64,000 nucleotides of DNA from Octopus sinensis (lineage: Eukaryota). The notes beneath the pieces were generated by a model that did no database searches, had not been told where the DNA came from, and was given only the letters and a program-made list of their open reading frames with translations. The translations under genes and the position numbers were made by a program. Positions 42,868 through 56,190 of the stretch are shown here, piece after piece; position 1 is the stretch's first letter; each line of letters starts with the position of its first letter. The DNA lies in the NCBI RefSeq assembly GCF_006345805.1, contig NC_043020.1:18724001-18788000 (forward strand), written 5' to 3'.

Positions 42868-43085
42868 TGAGCTATTGAGCGAGTTTCTATGAGGCCGCTC
42901 GATATGCTAGAAATAACAACCAAATATTCCCCAAATGACACCGTATTCTCTACGATGAATGCACAGAGGGAATATTTGTTCTTGGGGTATCCTGCACGTC
43001 GGAAAAATGGCAGGGTGGTTATGGCTGGATTGCTTGTGATCATACGTGTTTGATATGGGACTGATCTGGGGCTAAACTACATTCT
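42868..43085 (+). mobile_element. Family C retroposon tail
   Basis: GGCCGCTCGATATGCTAGAAATAAC...GGCTGGATTGCTTGTGATCATA...CTGGGGCTAAAC, followed by an (ACT/ACC)n tract. Confidence 0.65.
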
Positions 43086-43216
43086 AACACTAACCATTAC
43101 TAACTACGAGTACCACCACTACCACCACCACTGCTACCACCACCACTGCCACTACCAACACCAACACCACAACGATCACCATAAACCTACACAATATCAA
43201 CCTCACTACTACAACA

Positions 43217-43248
<32 letters not shown>

Positions 43249-43345
43249 AATTGCTACCTTTACTATTATCATTGTCACCACCACCACCGCCCACGCACCT
43301 TCACTTACTACTACTACTACTACTGCTACTACAACAACAACAAGA

Positions 43346-43379
<34 letters not shown>

Positions 43380-43689
43380 TTACTGCTGCTGCTACTACTA
43401 TTACTACCACACTAACACTTATCAATCCATCACCACAATTATTGTGACCATGACAGCCGCCACCATTTCCCCGTACCACCACAAACTCCCTACCACCACC
43501 ACCACCACCACCATCACCACACCCACATACTACTTCTGAAACGTTAACATTCCTACAACCACTATCAACCACTACCTAAGCATTACATTTACACTAACTA
43601 CAAATTCTTCAAACGATCAACACCACTGCTACAACTGCTGCACATACTACCGTCAGCAATCACAACGGGAGTCTCTACATAGTTGTTTG

Positions 43690-43865
43690 GTTAGCTAGAA
43701 ATGGCAGCCAAATCTCCATCAAATTACAGTCAACGGCAAAGGTGTTTAGAAAGGTTTAATGTAGCCGTGGGTTCAATGTAAATAGGAGACTGACGGAAGG
43801 GGCACGGCTGGAATGTCTTTGATCATAGGTTTATGGGTTTCAGAGCTAACTGGGGCTAAACAACG
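43690..43865 (+). mobile_element. Family C retroposon tail
   Basis: GCTAGAAATGGCAGCCAAATCTCC...GGCTGGAATGTCTTTGATCATAGG...CTGGGGCTAAACAAC, followed by (ACT)n. Confidence 0.7.
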
Positions 43866-44493
43866 TGTACTAATACTACTACTACTACTACTACTACCTG
43901 CAGCATCACTACCACCATCACTACTACGAAAGCTTCCTCCTCCTCCTCTACCACCACCACTACCACCACTACCACCACCTCCACCATCCACTACGAATTA
44001 ACAACCAAATCATTCATTCATTGAAAACCTCTTTTCCCCCCCTTCTCCTCCTACTGCAGCCACAACTACAATTCAACCTCACCTCCTACCACTACCACTT
44101 CCATTCAAGTTCCCCATCAACACCACTAACACAGTTTCCTACAACACAAAAATCTCTCCCCCTCCTCCTCCTCCTCCACTCCCCTCTTTCCATGCAGAAC
44201 CCAACTCCTCCCAGCCCTCTTACCTTCACCACAACACATCTAATGCTTAGTTCACCCCCACCCCCGTTAACTCCCACTACCACTACCACCACCACCACCA
44301 CCACCACCACTTCCATTCATTGCAGCTATCCTTCCCCTCCCTCATTCATTCATCTCCTCCCACCTCAACTGCCACCGGCACTCCTACTCCCATTCAGCAC
44401 AAGGTTTTCGTTCATCAATTCAAATTCCTGTTTTTGTTTTGCACGCGACTGTCACGGTTTCAATTTCAATCGACTTAGGCATCGTAAACACAT

Positions 44494-44528
<35 letters not shown>

Positions 44529-45026
44529 TGCGCTCACGCACACGCATACACACATACACAGACCAAGCACACGTGCGCACACACACACTAATGCATACAA
44601 ACATACACATTATATTTCTTGCATACGTTACATATATTCCCTACATTAAAAACATTACACACACACACACACACATACATACATACACACACACACATAC
44701 ATACATACATACATACATACATACATACATACATACATACATACATACACACATACACACAATGTACATCGTCAGCGAACATTCTTGTGTACACATACAT
44801 GCACCCGTATAATATCTACTGAGATCCAGATAAACAAGTCTACATTCATAAACGTAGTCGTTGACGCACAGACACGAAATACATCAACAATAGAAATACG
44901 CAAACGCATTCGGTTGTATACGTAATGAGGCACAACATATCATGCCTCGCACGCGTACACAAGCACTGAAATGTATGCGCACACAGTTGTACTTATAGAT
45001 ATGTCACATCGCACGCGCATGCTTAT

Positions 45027-45105
<79 letters not shown>

Positions 45106-45141
45106 AATACATATACATATATATATATATATGTATATGTA

Positions 45142-45253
<112 letters not shown>

Positions 45254-45796
45254 AGCATGCGCGTACGATGAAGTAATTTTGGGGTAAATTTTGGCTGGTT
45301 TTATTTTGTCTTTTTGTCTTTTTGTCTTCTCTCCTTGTGCTGTATGGACATTTAATGTGGTTTTAGAGTCAGGTTTTGGTTGCTATTTTCAGCATGGCGT
45401 TTTCTAGTAGATACCCTAAATTATAATTTTAATAATAATTATTACCTTTCAAGGTTTTTATTTCCATGCTACCACTTGATAAGATCGTTATATAATTTAA
45501 ATTAACGATCTTATCCTTATATATATATATATATATATATACATCAGGTAGATAGATATTATATATATATAATATATACGTAGGTAGATAGTTATATACA
45601 ACAGGCCTCGGCACAGTTTCTGTCTTCTAAATTTTATTGGAAAGGTATCAAATCAGCCCGAGGCTAAGGTAGTAAACATTTGCTCAATATACCAGGAGGC
45701 GAGATCGAATCTAGAACACGTGTCTACAAAGCATGTGTTTTAACCATATATCCGTACCTATCTATCTATCCACCTATCTATAGATAGATAGATAGG

Positions 45797-45858
<62 letters not shown>

Positions 45859-45891
45859 TGTAGGTAGGTAGGTACATGTATATATACATAC

Positions 45892-45967
<76 letters not shown>

Positions 45968-46105
45968 GAGTGTGTGTGTATGTATATGTTTGCGTGTATG
46001 CGCATGCGTGTGCGTGTTACATGTACATTTGTATGATATGAAATTATATAAATTGTGACGGTATTTATTAGTAGATGTTTACTTATAGTTATAAACGCGC
46101 ACTCA

Positions 46106-46204
46106 CACATCCACCACACACGCACACATCCACCACACACGCACACATCCACCACACACGCACACATCCACCACACACGCACGCATCCACCACACACGCA
46201 CACA
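46106..46204. repeat. 19-bp minisatellite (CCACCACACACGCACACAT) x about 5
   Basis: Period 19 read directly (46111, 46130, 46149, 46168, 46187). Confidence 0.9.
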
Positions 46205-46299
46205 TTCATATGCCCTCATACAGTCACACACACACACATACAATAATCCACTGCCACACACATACACGTACCATGAATCATTTCCACAAATCCATTCAC

Positions 46300-47035
46300 A
46301 CCTCTACCTCCCTCTCCCCCTTCTTCCTCCACACATTTGCATTCTCCCACCACCACCACCACCGAGGCTCTTCAGCTCTTCCCTAAATTTTTACCCTCCC
46401 CCGCTTTTTCTTTTCTCTTGTTTACAGCTTTCTCTCTTCCCGTCTCTCCCCCTCATTCTCCCTCCTCTATCTCTCTGTCGCTATTTCTTTCTCTTTCTTA
46501 TTGCTTATCTCTTTCACCTCTCTCTCTCTCTCTCTTTGTGTGTTTCTTTATCTCTCTGTCAATCTCTATCTCTAGCTTTCTGTTTATCTCTCTCCTCTCT
46601 CTCTATCTCTTACTTTTTCCTCTAGCTCTCTCTTTCTCCTCTCTCCTTCTGTCTCTCCCCCTCTCTCTGTCTCTCTCTCCTCTATCCTTCTGTATTTCCT
46701 TCTCTCTCCTTCGTCTCCCTCTCTTCCTCACTCTCCACTCCATCTCATCCACGCATCTTTACTCTCTCTTTCCCATCTTCACTTCCTCTCCATTACTCTC
46801 ACACCCTCTCTCTTCCATCCCTGCTCGCTCTCATTCTCACTCAACCTCATTGCTTCTATCTTACTCTCACTCACTTTTCAAAGAGCCCCACTCAATCTTA
46901 AAGCTCCACTCATTCCTTCCATCCAGCCTCCCTCTATCCTACTGCTTTTCTTCCTTACTCTCTATCTCTCATTTTCTCGCTCATCACACTCAACCTATTT
47001 CACTCAATCTCTTTGTCCCTTTCTCTTTCTCATGC
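46300..47035 (+). repeat. Long CT-rich polypyrimidine tract
   Basis: About 730 bp strongly pyrimidine-biased, imperfect (CT)n mosaic. Confidence 0.9.
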
Positions 47036-47847
47036 AAATACACACACACGCACACATGTACTCTCTCATACACACACACACACACTTACATATACACGCA
47101 CACACACACACACTCATACACACATACACTTACACACATACATATACTTACACACGCACACATCCCATCTTCCATTGCTGAGCTATATAGTGCCACCTCT
47201 TCAGGTCCGTTTTGAAGAACAACTCGATTTGTTTCGCCTGGTGGCTGCCAGCTTATCAGGGGTGTCTCCTTATTTTCACCTGTTTTTCCTTTTCTTCGGA
47301 AGATAGAGAGAGAGAAAGAGGGAGAGCCAGGGAGAGAGGATGGGGAGGAGAAAGGGACAGAGAGATAGAGAGTAAGCTGTTCACAACTTCTTATGAAAAA
47401 TGTCATGAGTAACTGGTACCTATTTACCGCTTACTTGTTTCAGTCATGAGATTGCGGTCATGCTAGAGCACCGCCTTGAAAAATTTTTTTAGATGAATGA
47501 ATCTTTTTAGACGAATTGATCTATTTTTTTTTCTTTTTCTAAGCCTTCTACTCTTATTCCATCGAACCTTTTTACCGCACCGCTACATTATGGAGACGTC
47601 AGCACATCAACACCGGTTGTCAAACGGTGGTGGGTGACAAACACACACACACACACAGAACAGAGTTTTCATCCAAAATGGAGACAAACACCATTCCTTC
47701 ATGTGATCGGCTTGAAAAACTGTTTAGATATTAAGATATTTTTCTATTTTTCTTAACATGAAACCAATAGGAGACTTAATACAGAAATAAAGAAATACTA
47801 TCCACCAATACGGTACTGAGTACTCACTTTCATCGTTCGACATTTAC

Positions 47848-47878
<31 letters not shown>

Positions 47879-47884
47879 ACTGGG

Positions 47885-48212
47885 CTCCAACTTCCCTCGT
47901 TAACATAAATATTGCTCTGTCTTTAATAGATCTACCTTAAAGCTATCCTACTCCTCCCCACCCAACATAACAGCCTCTAATAGACGGAAATTTCCTCTTT
48001 ATTATCAAAACTCACACTTTATTATCAAAACTGTAGCAACTCTGAATACACGAGCGCCCAACATATGCATTGCTCCCATACCGAACCCCATTCTTTAGAC
48101 CACAATGAAAACCCAACCAATCCCACTAACACTAACCAGACTACTACTACCCCAACATCCAGCACTATTACAGACATGGTAAATAACAACAATGATAGAA
48201 ATAGTAATAATG

Positions 48213-48263
<51 letters not shown>

Positions 48264-48790
48264 GTAATAATAATGGTAATAATTTTAATAGCATAGACCA
48301 ATCTACCCACATATCTAACCTCTCCTTAGACAGTATTACCTCCTCCATTCCTGAGAATAATCCCCACAATGCACTACCATATCACTGCCGCCCTGGGACC
48401 ATCTGCCTCTACAGACCCGTTGCAGAAGGTCTAACGTAATATATAAATGCACCGTCTTCAATACCTTACACAATTCTACAAACATATATAGAGCCAACTA
48501 TAAATTTTAAACAACGATAAGCTGCGCATCTCAATTCTTTTAGGTATGAGAAAGACAGTAAATCCACAACACTCGCAAGTCACACAGTCACATGCATCAT
48601 CTCAAAAATAGAAATATTCCATACATCTCATCATAATAGATTCAAGGTTTCCATACCAGGGTCAACGCTCAGCCTGTAAGTTATGCCTAAAAGAGGCATT
48701 CCATATATTAAAACCCAACTCTTCAATACTACTAAATATATATAATGAGGCCCTAGGTACACACACCACCGCTTTTTTCATACCTTCAAA
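47885..48790 (+). pseudogene. Penelope-like element 3' ORF fragment (RT thumb/linker + GIY-YIG endonuclease)
   Basis: VFNRSTLKLSYS..PNI; HCRPGTICPL..C..SNVIYKCTV; FKQR..AHLNSFRYEKDSKSTTLASH; ACKLCLKEAFHIL...LLN..NE...HHR, all matching PLE motifs despite stops and frameshifts. Confidence 0.85.
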
Positions 48791-49480
48791 TTTTACCACA
48801 AAACTAAATGCAACGTAAATCACCACACAGTACGTATCCCGAACACCCCTTAGGTAATCTCCAGCAACCCTATTTGACTTTCCATTGTCTCCGTTTTTAT
48901 AATTTTTTAACTCTTCAATCTTATTTTTTAATTGTTTAATAATACATATATGGACATGAATACATGTGTGCATGCGTGTGTATAGGTATATAGATATATG
49001 TGTGTGTATATATGCATATGTATGTGTATGTGGGTACATGTGCGCATGTGTATGTGTGTATGCATATATATGGGTGTGTGTGTGCATATATATATATATA
49101 TATATATGCATGCATATATGCGTGTGGTTTGAGTACATAAGTACACGGGCCCACTAAGGGATAATATTTATCCAATATACTGTTGGTAGAATACCCAATT
49201 ATTAATACACAAGTGTTTTTATTGCATTGCAATTACATTACCTAGTGTACTAAATGGGTGAAGGTAAAGAGATATTTTACCATTAATTTATAGAGCAATA
49301 AGAAAATGGAGGGGATCAATAGGTGGTTCATCAACTTTTAGTCATTATATTATGTCAATTTATTTATTTACTAAAATGACAATTACAGGAATATACATAC
49401 ATGTACAGCATATTATAGTTTACATATAAAATCTATAAAGATACCAGTAATTATTAAAACATAACAAACAGAAATTGGGA

Positions 49481-49610
49481 AAATTTCTTACAGCTGTTTC
49501 AGCCAAGGAGCAAAATATCTCATTCTAGCTTTATTCCTCCAGTAGACTGAAGTAATAAGTAAATGAAATTGAATTGCTTGGGTATTTCTCAAGGCTTCGT
49601 CAGAGATTTT
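49481..49610 (-). ncRNA. Hammerhead ribozyme motif, Penelope type, intact core
   Basis: Minus strand: AAATCT-CTGACGA-AGCC[88 nt]GGCT-GAAAC-AGCT-GTA-AGAAATTT; palindromic stem III ACAGCTGT. Confidence 0.65.
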
Positions 49611-49788
49611 AGAAAGTACATAAGGTTAAGTTATAAATAAATATAAATACAAAAATTAATGAATACAGACACATTTACACATACCTATACATATACATAT
49701 ACGTATGCATACATATATAAATATACATATATCTACATTTAAATGTACATACATATTTACATTTATAAGCATACACAATAATCACTTA

Positions 49789-49855
<67 letters not shown>

Positions 49856-49959
49856 GTTATTATTAGATGCATTATATTAGAATGTTCGTCGGACAGTTTT
49901 GTGGTGTGTGTCATGTGTGCGTGGTGTGTGTGTGCGCGCGTGTGTGCGTGTGTATGTAT

Positions 49960-50009
<50 letters not shown>

Positions 50010-50012
<3 letters not shown>

Positions 50013-50215
50013 ACCTCGTGTGTACCGTTGGTGATTTTTTTCCCTCTGTCTTCCCTTCTCTAGATCTTTCCTTCTCCTATGTTTCCGACGAAGAGCTCCG
50101 CTCGAAACGTTAATCTCTCCTTCTTTCCTTTTTTCCTGAGCGTCCAATAATACTATATTTGTTCCACGTCCTCGCGTTATTGTGTTTTTTGTGTTTTCTT
50201 GTTTGGATTAACTTT
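50010..50215 (+). mobile_element. Penelope-like terminal repeat with minimal hammerhead variant, in (TA)n
   Basis: GTTT-CCGACGA-A-GAGC(TCC)GCTC-GAAAC-GTT-AA (50081-50113); flanked by (TA)n. Confidence 0.65.
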
Positions 50216-50648
50216 ATATATATATATATATATATATATACTTATAGTGTTAGAAGTGTTGTACAGATATTGCCCATTAACTTAAAAGGAGGTTACTTGA
50301 ATTTTAGATAATTTTTTTTTTAATTAGTTCATTATTATTAGCACTTTCGTTCGTTTTCAAAATTGTCAAAAGAAGTTGTGAATGTGCAAACAGGTTGTCC
50401 ATTTATATAAATCAGAAGAATTTTTGTGTTGTTTAGAAGAGGAGAATATTAGGTTTTTTTTGTTGTTTTTGTTCTTGTTATTTTGGGTGAGGTTCCTGGA
50501 CAATGGATATAGATATATAGATAAAGAGGAAGAGAAAGAGAGGGCGCGGAGGGAGAAGTTTCTTTCGAATTTGGCATGTATTTACCATTTATTTATTTAT
50601 ATTTAGTTCGTTCGTTCGTTCGTTCGTTAGTTAGTTAGTAAGTAAGTA

Positions 50649-50685
<37 letters not shown>

Positions 50686-51523
50686 CCATTGTATAGCTAT
50701 TGTTATGAGTTCAAGGATGGTGACCTCTCCACGATTTCGGTTTTAGGATGGGGAAAATAATGAAAAACGGATGATATGCTGCCATCACTGAAAGAATTTT
50801 TGTTTTTTCTTCTTCTTATGGCGCCAGAGGGCAGATAAGAGGTTCTATAAAAAATTGAATGTATATATGGTGGGGGCGCCTGTGAGTTCATGTGTGTGGA
50901 AACATGTCTGTGTCTACACTGTGTAATTTCGTTGTTTTGTATTGAAAAATAAAGTCAGGTTTCTTTTAATTTCATGTTTTTGCATGAACAAATATTAGTA
51001 ATTTCGTTTTTGGATTTGGTTTGCAAGATTCTTTATGAGTTCGTGTGTTGAAGCATATTCTATTGTGTCTGGGGAGAGTCATTCTCTTTTAGTGCCTTAG
51101 TATTTAACACACTCACCGGTAAAATTTCCACTTATTTCTTATTTTTATTTCCTAAAATGTTCGTTGCGTCTTGCAACCTTTTCAATAGTCTTGACTAAAA
51201 GAGAATGACTCTCCCCAGACACAACAAAATATTAGTAAAATATTTAGAAATTAGAAAAATAAAACCCACCATTTAAGGGATGAGTATTATGTTATAAATA
51301 TTGGGGCAGAAACAACAGTAATAGTGTATTTATTTTCTTTTTCTTAAGATGTCAGAAGAAAGCTAAGGAGCTCTATGAGAGCTTTCTCATACGTTCGCAC
51401 TTTATGTAACTTCGGTGATTTGTATTGAAAACAAAGCCAGGTTTCTTTCAATTTCCTGTTTTGCATGAACAAACAAATTTTACAAATCAGAAAATTACAT
51501 AAAGTTAGAAGATCCCAATGTTA

Positions 51524-51599
<76 letters not shown>

Positions 51600-51601
<2 letters not shown>

Positions 51602-52340
51602 AAAACTTATACAAACAAGGGCAAAAGAAAAACATTCCAATGCCAAATAAACCAAAAATAGACTTAAATCATCAATAACTATATAATTCATCACTATAAG
51701 CACACGTCTCGAAGCAAGCCGGCAAAAATTTCTAAAAAATTCCGTTATTACGAATCGGCCCCGATTTCTGAGTTAATTCATAAAGAATTTTCCCGTTGTC
51801 AGCGATAAATACGAAAAGAAATAAATGAGATACTTACTTGCACCCATGGAAGAAGTAAGCACTAAGTCATGAGTACACGTAAGTACCCCCAAATATACTC
51901 AAAATAGAAATTCTACAGCATATCCCGAGACACGTGTGATCGGACTGAAAATTCTCATAGAGTGAGAGAGTCCGGAAGTGAGTAGTACTAAATTTACATC
52001 TAATATAGGATAAAATTTTCGAAAAAATTTTATCAATGGCCAGCATATTAAAAAATACCTTTAAAGGTTAAATTTATAAACAACTTATAAACAAGGGCGA
52101 AATCGGGGTTGATTCGATAATAACGGAATTTTTTTAGAAATTTCTGTCGGCTTGCTTATAGTGATGAATTATATGATTTTTGACGATTTAAGTCTATTTT
52201 CGGCATATTTGGCATTGGAATTTTTTTCTTTTGCCTTGTTTATAAGTTGTTTATAAATTTAACCTTTAAAGGTATTTTTTAATATGCTGGCCAGTGATAA
52301 AAATTTTTTCGAAAATTTTATCCTATATTAGATGTAAATG
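51600..52340. mobile_element. Complex foldback element in (TA)n
   Basis: 51600-51770 is the reverse complement of 52100-52245; 51990-52100 is the reverse complement of 52225-52340; homologous to 22411-22797. Confidence 0.82.
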
Positions 52341-52631
52341 TTATATATATTTATATATATATATACCTGAATATTTTTCGAGATGAGTATCATATTACCA
52401 ATATTGGAGCTATATTTAGAATCAAAAATGCAAATTCTCCGCTTTTCTTTCAAACATACGATTTCGGAGAGCATTTTTTGAAGAAGTTTGCTCTATTGCT
52501 TTTCGGTATTGCAGGTCATCCCATGAACATTTACATAATTCTTCTTGTCGGATGTGTTGCCAGTGGATTCTTACACGTTGCAGTTCATATCTGCATTTAT
52601 TTTGAATGAGAATCCGATCTTGAATTTAAAG

Positions 52632-52669
<38 letters not shown>

Positions 52670-53070
52670 GCATGGTCACATCTCCTGTCTCCAGATTATT
52701 TTAGTAAGAATTCTGACTCATTTTCTGATATGAATTCTGCTCTTGAGAAGTGTCTTTTAAGATTTTTTGGTTGGCATCTAATATTCCGTAAGGTGTTTTG
52801 TTTTCAATCAGATTTTTCATTTTGGGACTTTGTAGGGGTATAGATCTATCTCCATTACCCTGGAACTTCACCCAAAAGACCAAAAGAAAAAATGTTTTCC
52901 TTTTCTAATCAAAACAAAAAAAATCATCTGATTTATATAAATGAACAACCTGTTTGCACTTTCACAATTTTATTTGGCAATTTCGAAAACGAACAAAAGC
53001 GCAAATAATAATGAATAAATAAAAAAAAATTCCAAAATGTTGGCGACATTTTTTTCTCAATATATATATA

Positions 53071-53583
53071 CTAGCAGTATCGCCCGGCGTTGCTCGGGTT
53101 TGTAAGGGAAATAACTATATAAGCATTTTTAGAGAGTTACTTCCCTTATAGATGCCAATTCGGGCTTTCTTAGCCATTTCTGTTTTGGTGTCTTCAAGCT
53201 ATGAAGTCGTTGTTCTAAAAGAACGCTGGTCTCCTTGACAACGCTTTACGACGTTGATTTCCTTACACTCTCTTCCCCACAGCTTCACGAGGGAGGGAAG
53301 AAGGGGGAGAAGCAAACAGGTGCAGGTGTGACCATGGACGCCAACTCCGCCGCCATCGACACACGAAAAATTATGCATTAAAATGGAATAAAAAATGATG
53401 TTAAATTATTTTTAAAATCGTAGACTCATCGTAGACGCGCGCTAATACTCAGACGGGCTCGATATGAATCACGACTATAAGATACCCGAATTTGGTTAAA
53501 CTGCACCGCAAAATGTGGGAGTAGTTAGGAATCTAAATCGAAGGGGACAGACAGTCACACAACTACAGTTTTATATATATAGA
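53071..53583 (-). mobile_element. Non-autonomous Helitron (513 bp), complete
   Basis: Minus strand A|TCTATATATATAAAACTG...CCCGAGCAACGCCGGG-CGATACTG-CTAG|T: canonical 5' TC, 3' hairpin + CTAG, A/T insertion site. Confidence 0.88.
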
Positions 53584-54021
53584 TATATATACACCAGGCT
53601 TCTTTCAGTTTCCGTATACCAAATCCATTCACAAGGCTCTGATAAGCCCAAGCTATTGTAGAAGACAATTACCCAAGGGGCCGTCCAGTGGAAAGGGGCC
53701 TATATCATAACCCCGAGATCTATGTACGAAGAAATGGGAAACGTGTCTTCACTAAGCGTACACGTTCTTTTATTCTTTTAATTTTTATTCTTTTATTCTT
53801 TTATTTCTTCATGTGTTTCTGTCAATAGGTTGTGGCTATGCTGCAGCAAGGCGTTCAAGGGTTGAGCTGATATAATCAACTACATGAATTTGGGTTTTAT
53901 AGTTTGATAATCAACCCCAGCCCCACCTTTTACCGAACCGCTAAGTTACAGGAATGCCAACATAACAACGCTGTTTGGACAGCAATGAGGGATAAATACA
54001 AACACAAAAGTACACACGCAC

Positions 54022-54052
<31 letters not shown>

Positions 54053-54162
54053 TGTATGTATGTATGTATGTATGTATGTATGTATGCATGTATGTATGTA
54101 TGTATGTATGTATGTATCTATGTATGCATGTATATATGTATGTATGTATATATGTATGTATG

Positions 54163-54197
<35 letters not shown>

Positions 54198-54864
54198 GTG
54201 TGTGTATGTATATATGTATGTATGTATAACTTGTAATTGTTTACATGAAGACCTTAGGGTGACTGACACATATAGTCCAATAGTATCAATACGTCGTTAC
54301 TCCAAGTTCGACTTGAACTAAACAACGATCAAACAATGAGCTTTACCAGTTTTATTTACGTTTATAATCTGATGAAGGCTGAGTCCAAGCTACACGTGAA
54401 ATTTGAAGTTACAGTATATACATGCGTGTGCGTGTGCGTATGTGTGTGTATGTGCGTGTGTGCGTGTGTGCCTTCTCAGATTTTGCTTCTCCTTTGAAGA
54501 ATTCAAACCGATCCATCACAAAGTGGCAAGGCTCTTTTCTTTAAGTCAAGACAGTTTTGGGGGTTTGCAGTGCGCCTATTTGTGCGTGTTGTGTGCAAGT
54601 GCACGGGTGTGGTTAAACTTGCACTCCTGGGTGTGTCTGTCATAATGGAACACAAGAGTGCATTTCATAACAGTGTGTATGCGCGCGCGCGCGCCCGTGT
54701 GTACATTCAGGACTCGGAGTTTCTGAATTCCGAGTCAAGACTCGCTGCCGGTCGATATGGACATTCTGACTCGTTTCCGTCAATCATTCCTTTGCGGTTG
54801 TTGTTTTCTAGATTTGTCCGTTCTTTTATCCTCCTTCCTTTTCTTTACTGCTTTCTCATCATCT

Positions 54865-54967
54865 TTCTTCTTCTTCTTCTTCTTCTTCTTCTTCTTCTTC
54901 TTCTTCTTCTTCTTCTTCTTCTTCTTCTTCTTCTTCTTCTTCTTCTTCTTCTTCTTCTTCTTCTTCT
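54865..54967. repeat. Perfect (TTC)n/(GAA)n tract, about 34 units
   Basis: Direct reading. Confidence 0.97.
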
Positions 54968-55849
54968 CCTTCTTCTTCTTCTCCTCCTCCGCCTCTTCCT
55001 CTCTCTCTCTCACTTTCTCTTTTTCTCTCTCTTTCTCCAAAGTTTACTTCTATTTTCACGCCTTCCCCTTCTCCACTAGATCCCTATTTCTCTCCCTTTC
55101 TCTCTCTCTCTCTCCCTCAACCACTTCATGCCATCGTTCTAGTATTTGGTGTAACTATGTTATGTAATGTCTCTTTACCTCTTTTAATAACCACGTCCTT
55201 CGTTGACTGCTGATAGCGAGGATTGTATTGTTGTTATTGTTGTTGATGGAGGTGGTGGCGTTACAGAATATCTGGAGAATGTAGGACAAACCAGATAAAA
55301 CCAGTCGAGTGAGGGAGAGCGTAGGTAAAAACATTCGGTGAAAAAGAATGAGAAGTATTGGGGGGAAAGTATCGTGGCTGGAATGTCTATGATCCTAGAT
55401 CTACTCTATAAATACTGATTTGAAGGATGTCTATGCAACAACAGCAGCAGCAACAACAGCAACAACAACAACAGCAGCAGCAGCAGCAGCAAGAAGAGCA
55501 GCAACAGCAGCAATGACAACAACAATATAAATTTCACCTCTACCATCAATCAACGTCGATTCAAAACCGTTTACAATGGCGACCCAGTTTAACAAATAAA
55601 CAATCTTCCAAAACCCCATTTTAGATGCTTAAATAAAAAATAATTTTCCAAAATGTTTACAAAATGATGGCTATGTGATAAGAGGTTTGCTTCCCAACCA
55701 CAAGGTTACGGGCATCACTATCAAATGTCTTGTTTTTTAGACTTTGTAAATGGATTTGGTAGATGGAGACAAAGAGCGAATGTTGAAGACTGGGAGCTGT
55801 TGGTGGAAGATCAGTCGGTTTGGAAAGAAGTAATCTACAATAGCTTATT

Positions 55850-56124
55850 TTTTTAAGCCTAGTACTTATTCCATTGGTCTCTTTTGCCGAACCGCTAAGT
55901 TACGGGGACGTAAACATACATAATACACATATACATATATACATAAATATATATACGTGTGTGTGTGTGTGTGTGTGCGTGCGTGTGTGTGTGTGTGTAG
56001 TTGAAATTTACAGAAAAACAAAAGACGAAGCAGGTTTCTAGTCTACGCTTTTCAACAGAAAGGAATAGGAGAAAATAAACAGAGATAATTTAGAAAACTT
56101 GTGGATTTAGCGGTCAATCATGGT

Positions 56125-56190
<66 letters not shown>

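Noticed and set aside
46106-46204. CRISPR-like regularly spaced repeats
   Set aside because: Contiguous 19-bp tandem units with no spacers, in eukaryotic context.
52350-52620. Cys-containing minus-strand peptide (CKNPLG...) as a transposase C-terminus
   Set aside because: Too short and interrupted by stops to support a call without a database search.
54368-54400. CTGATGA-AGGCT..AGCT hammerhead-like start
   Set aside because: GAAAC is missing; counted only as a possible relic, not a feature.
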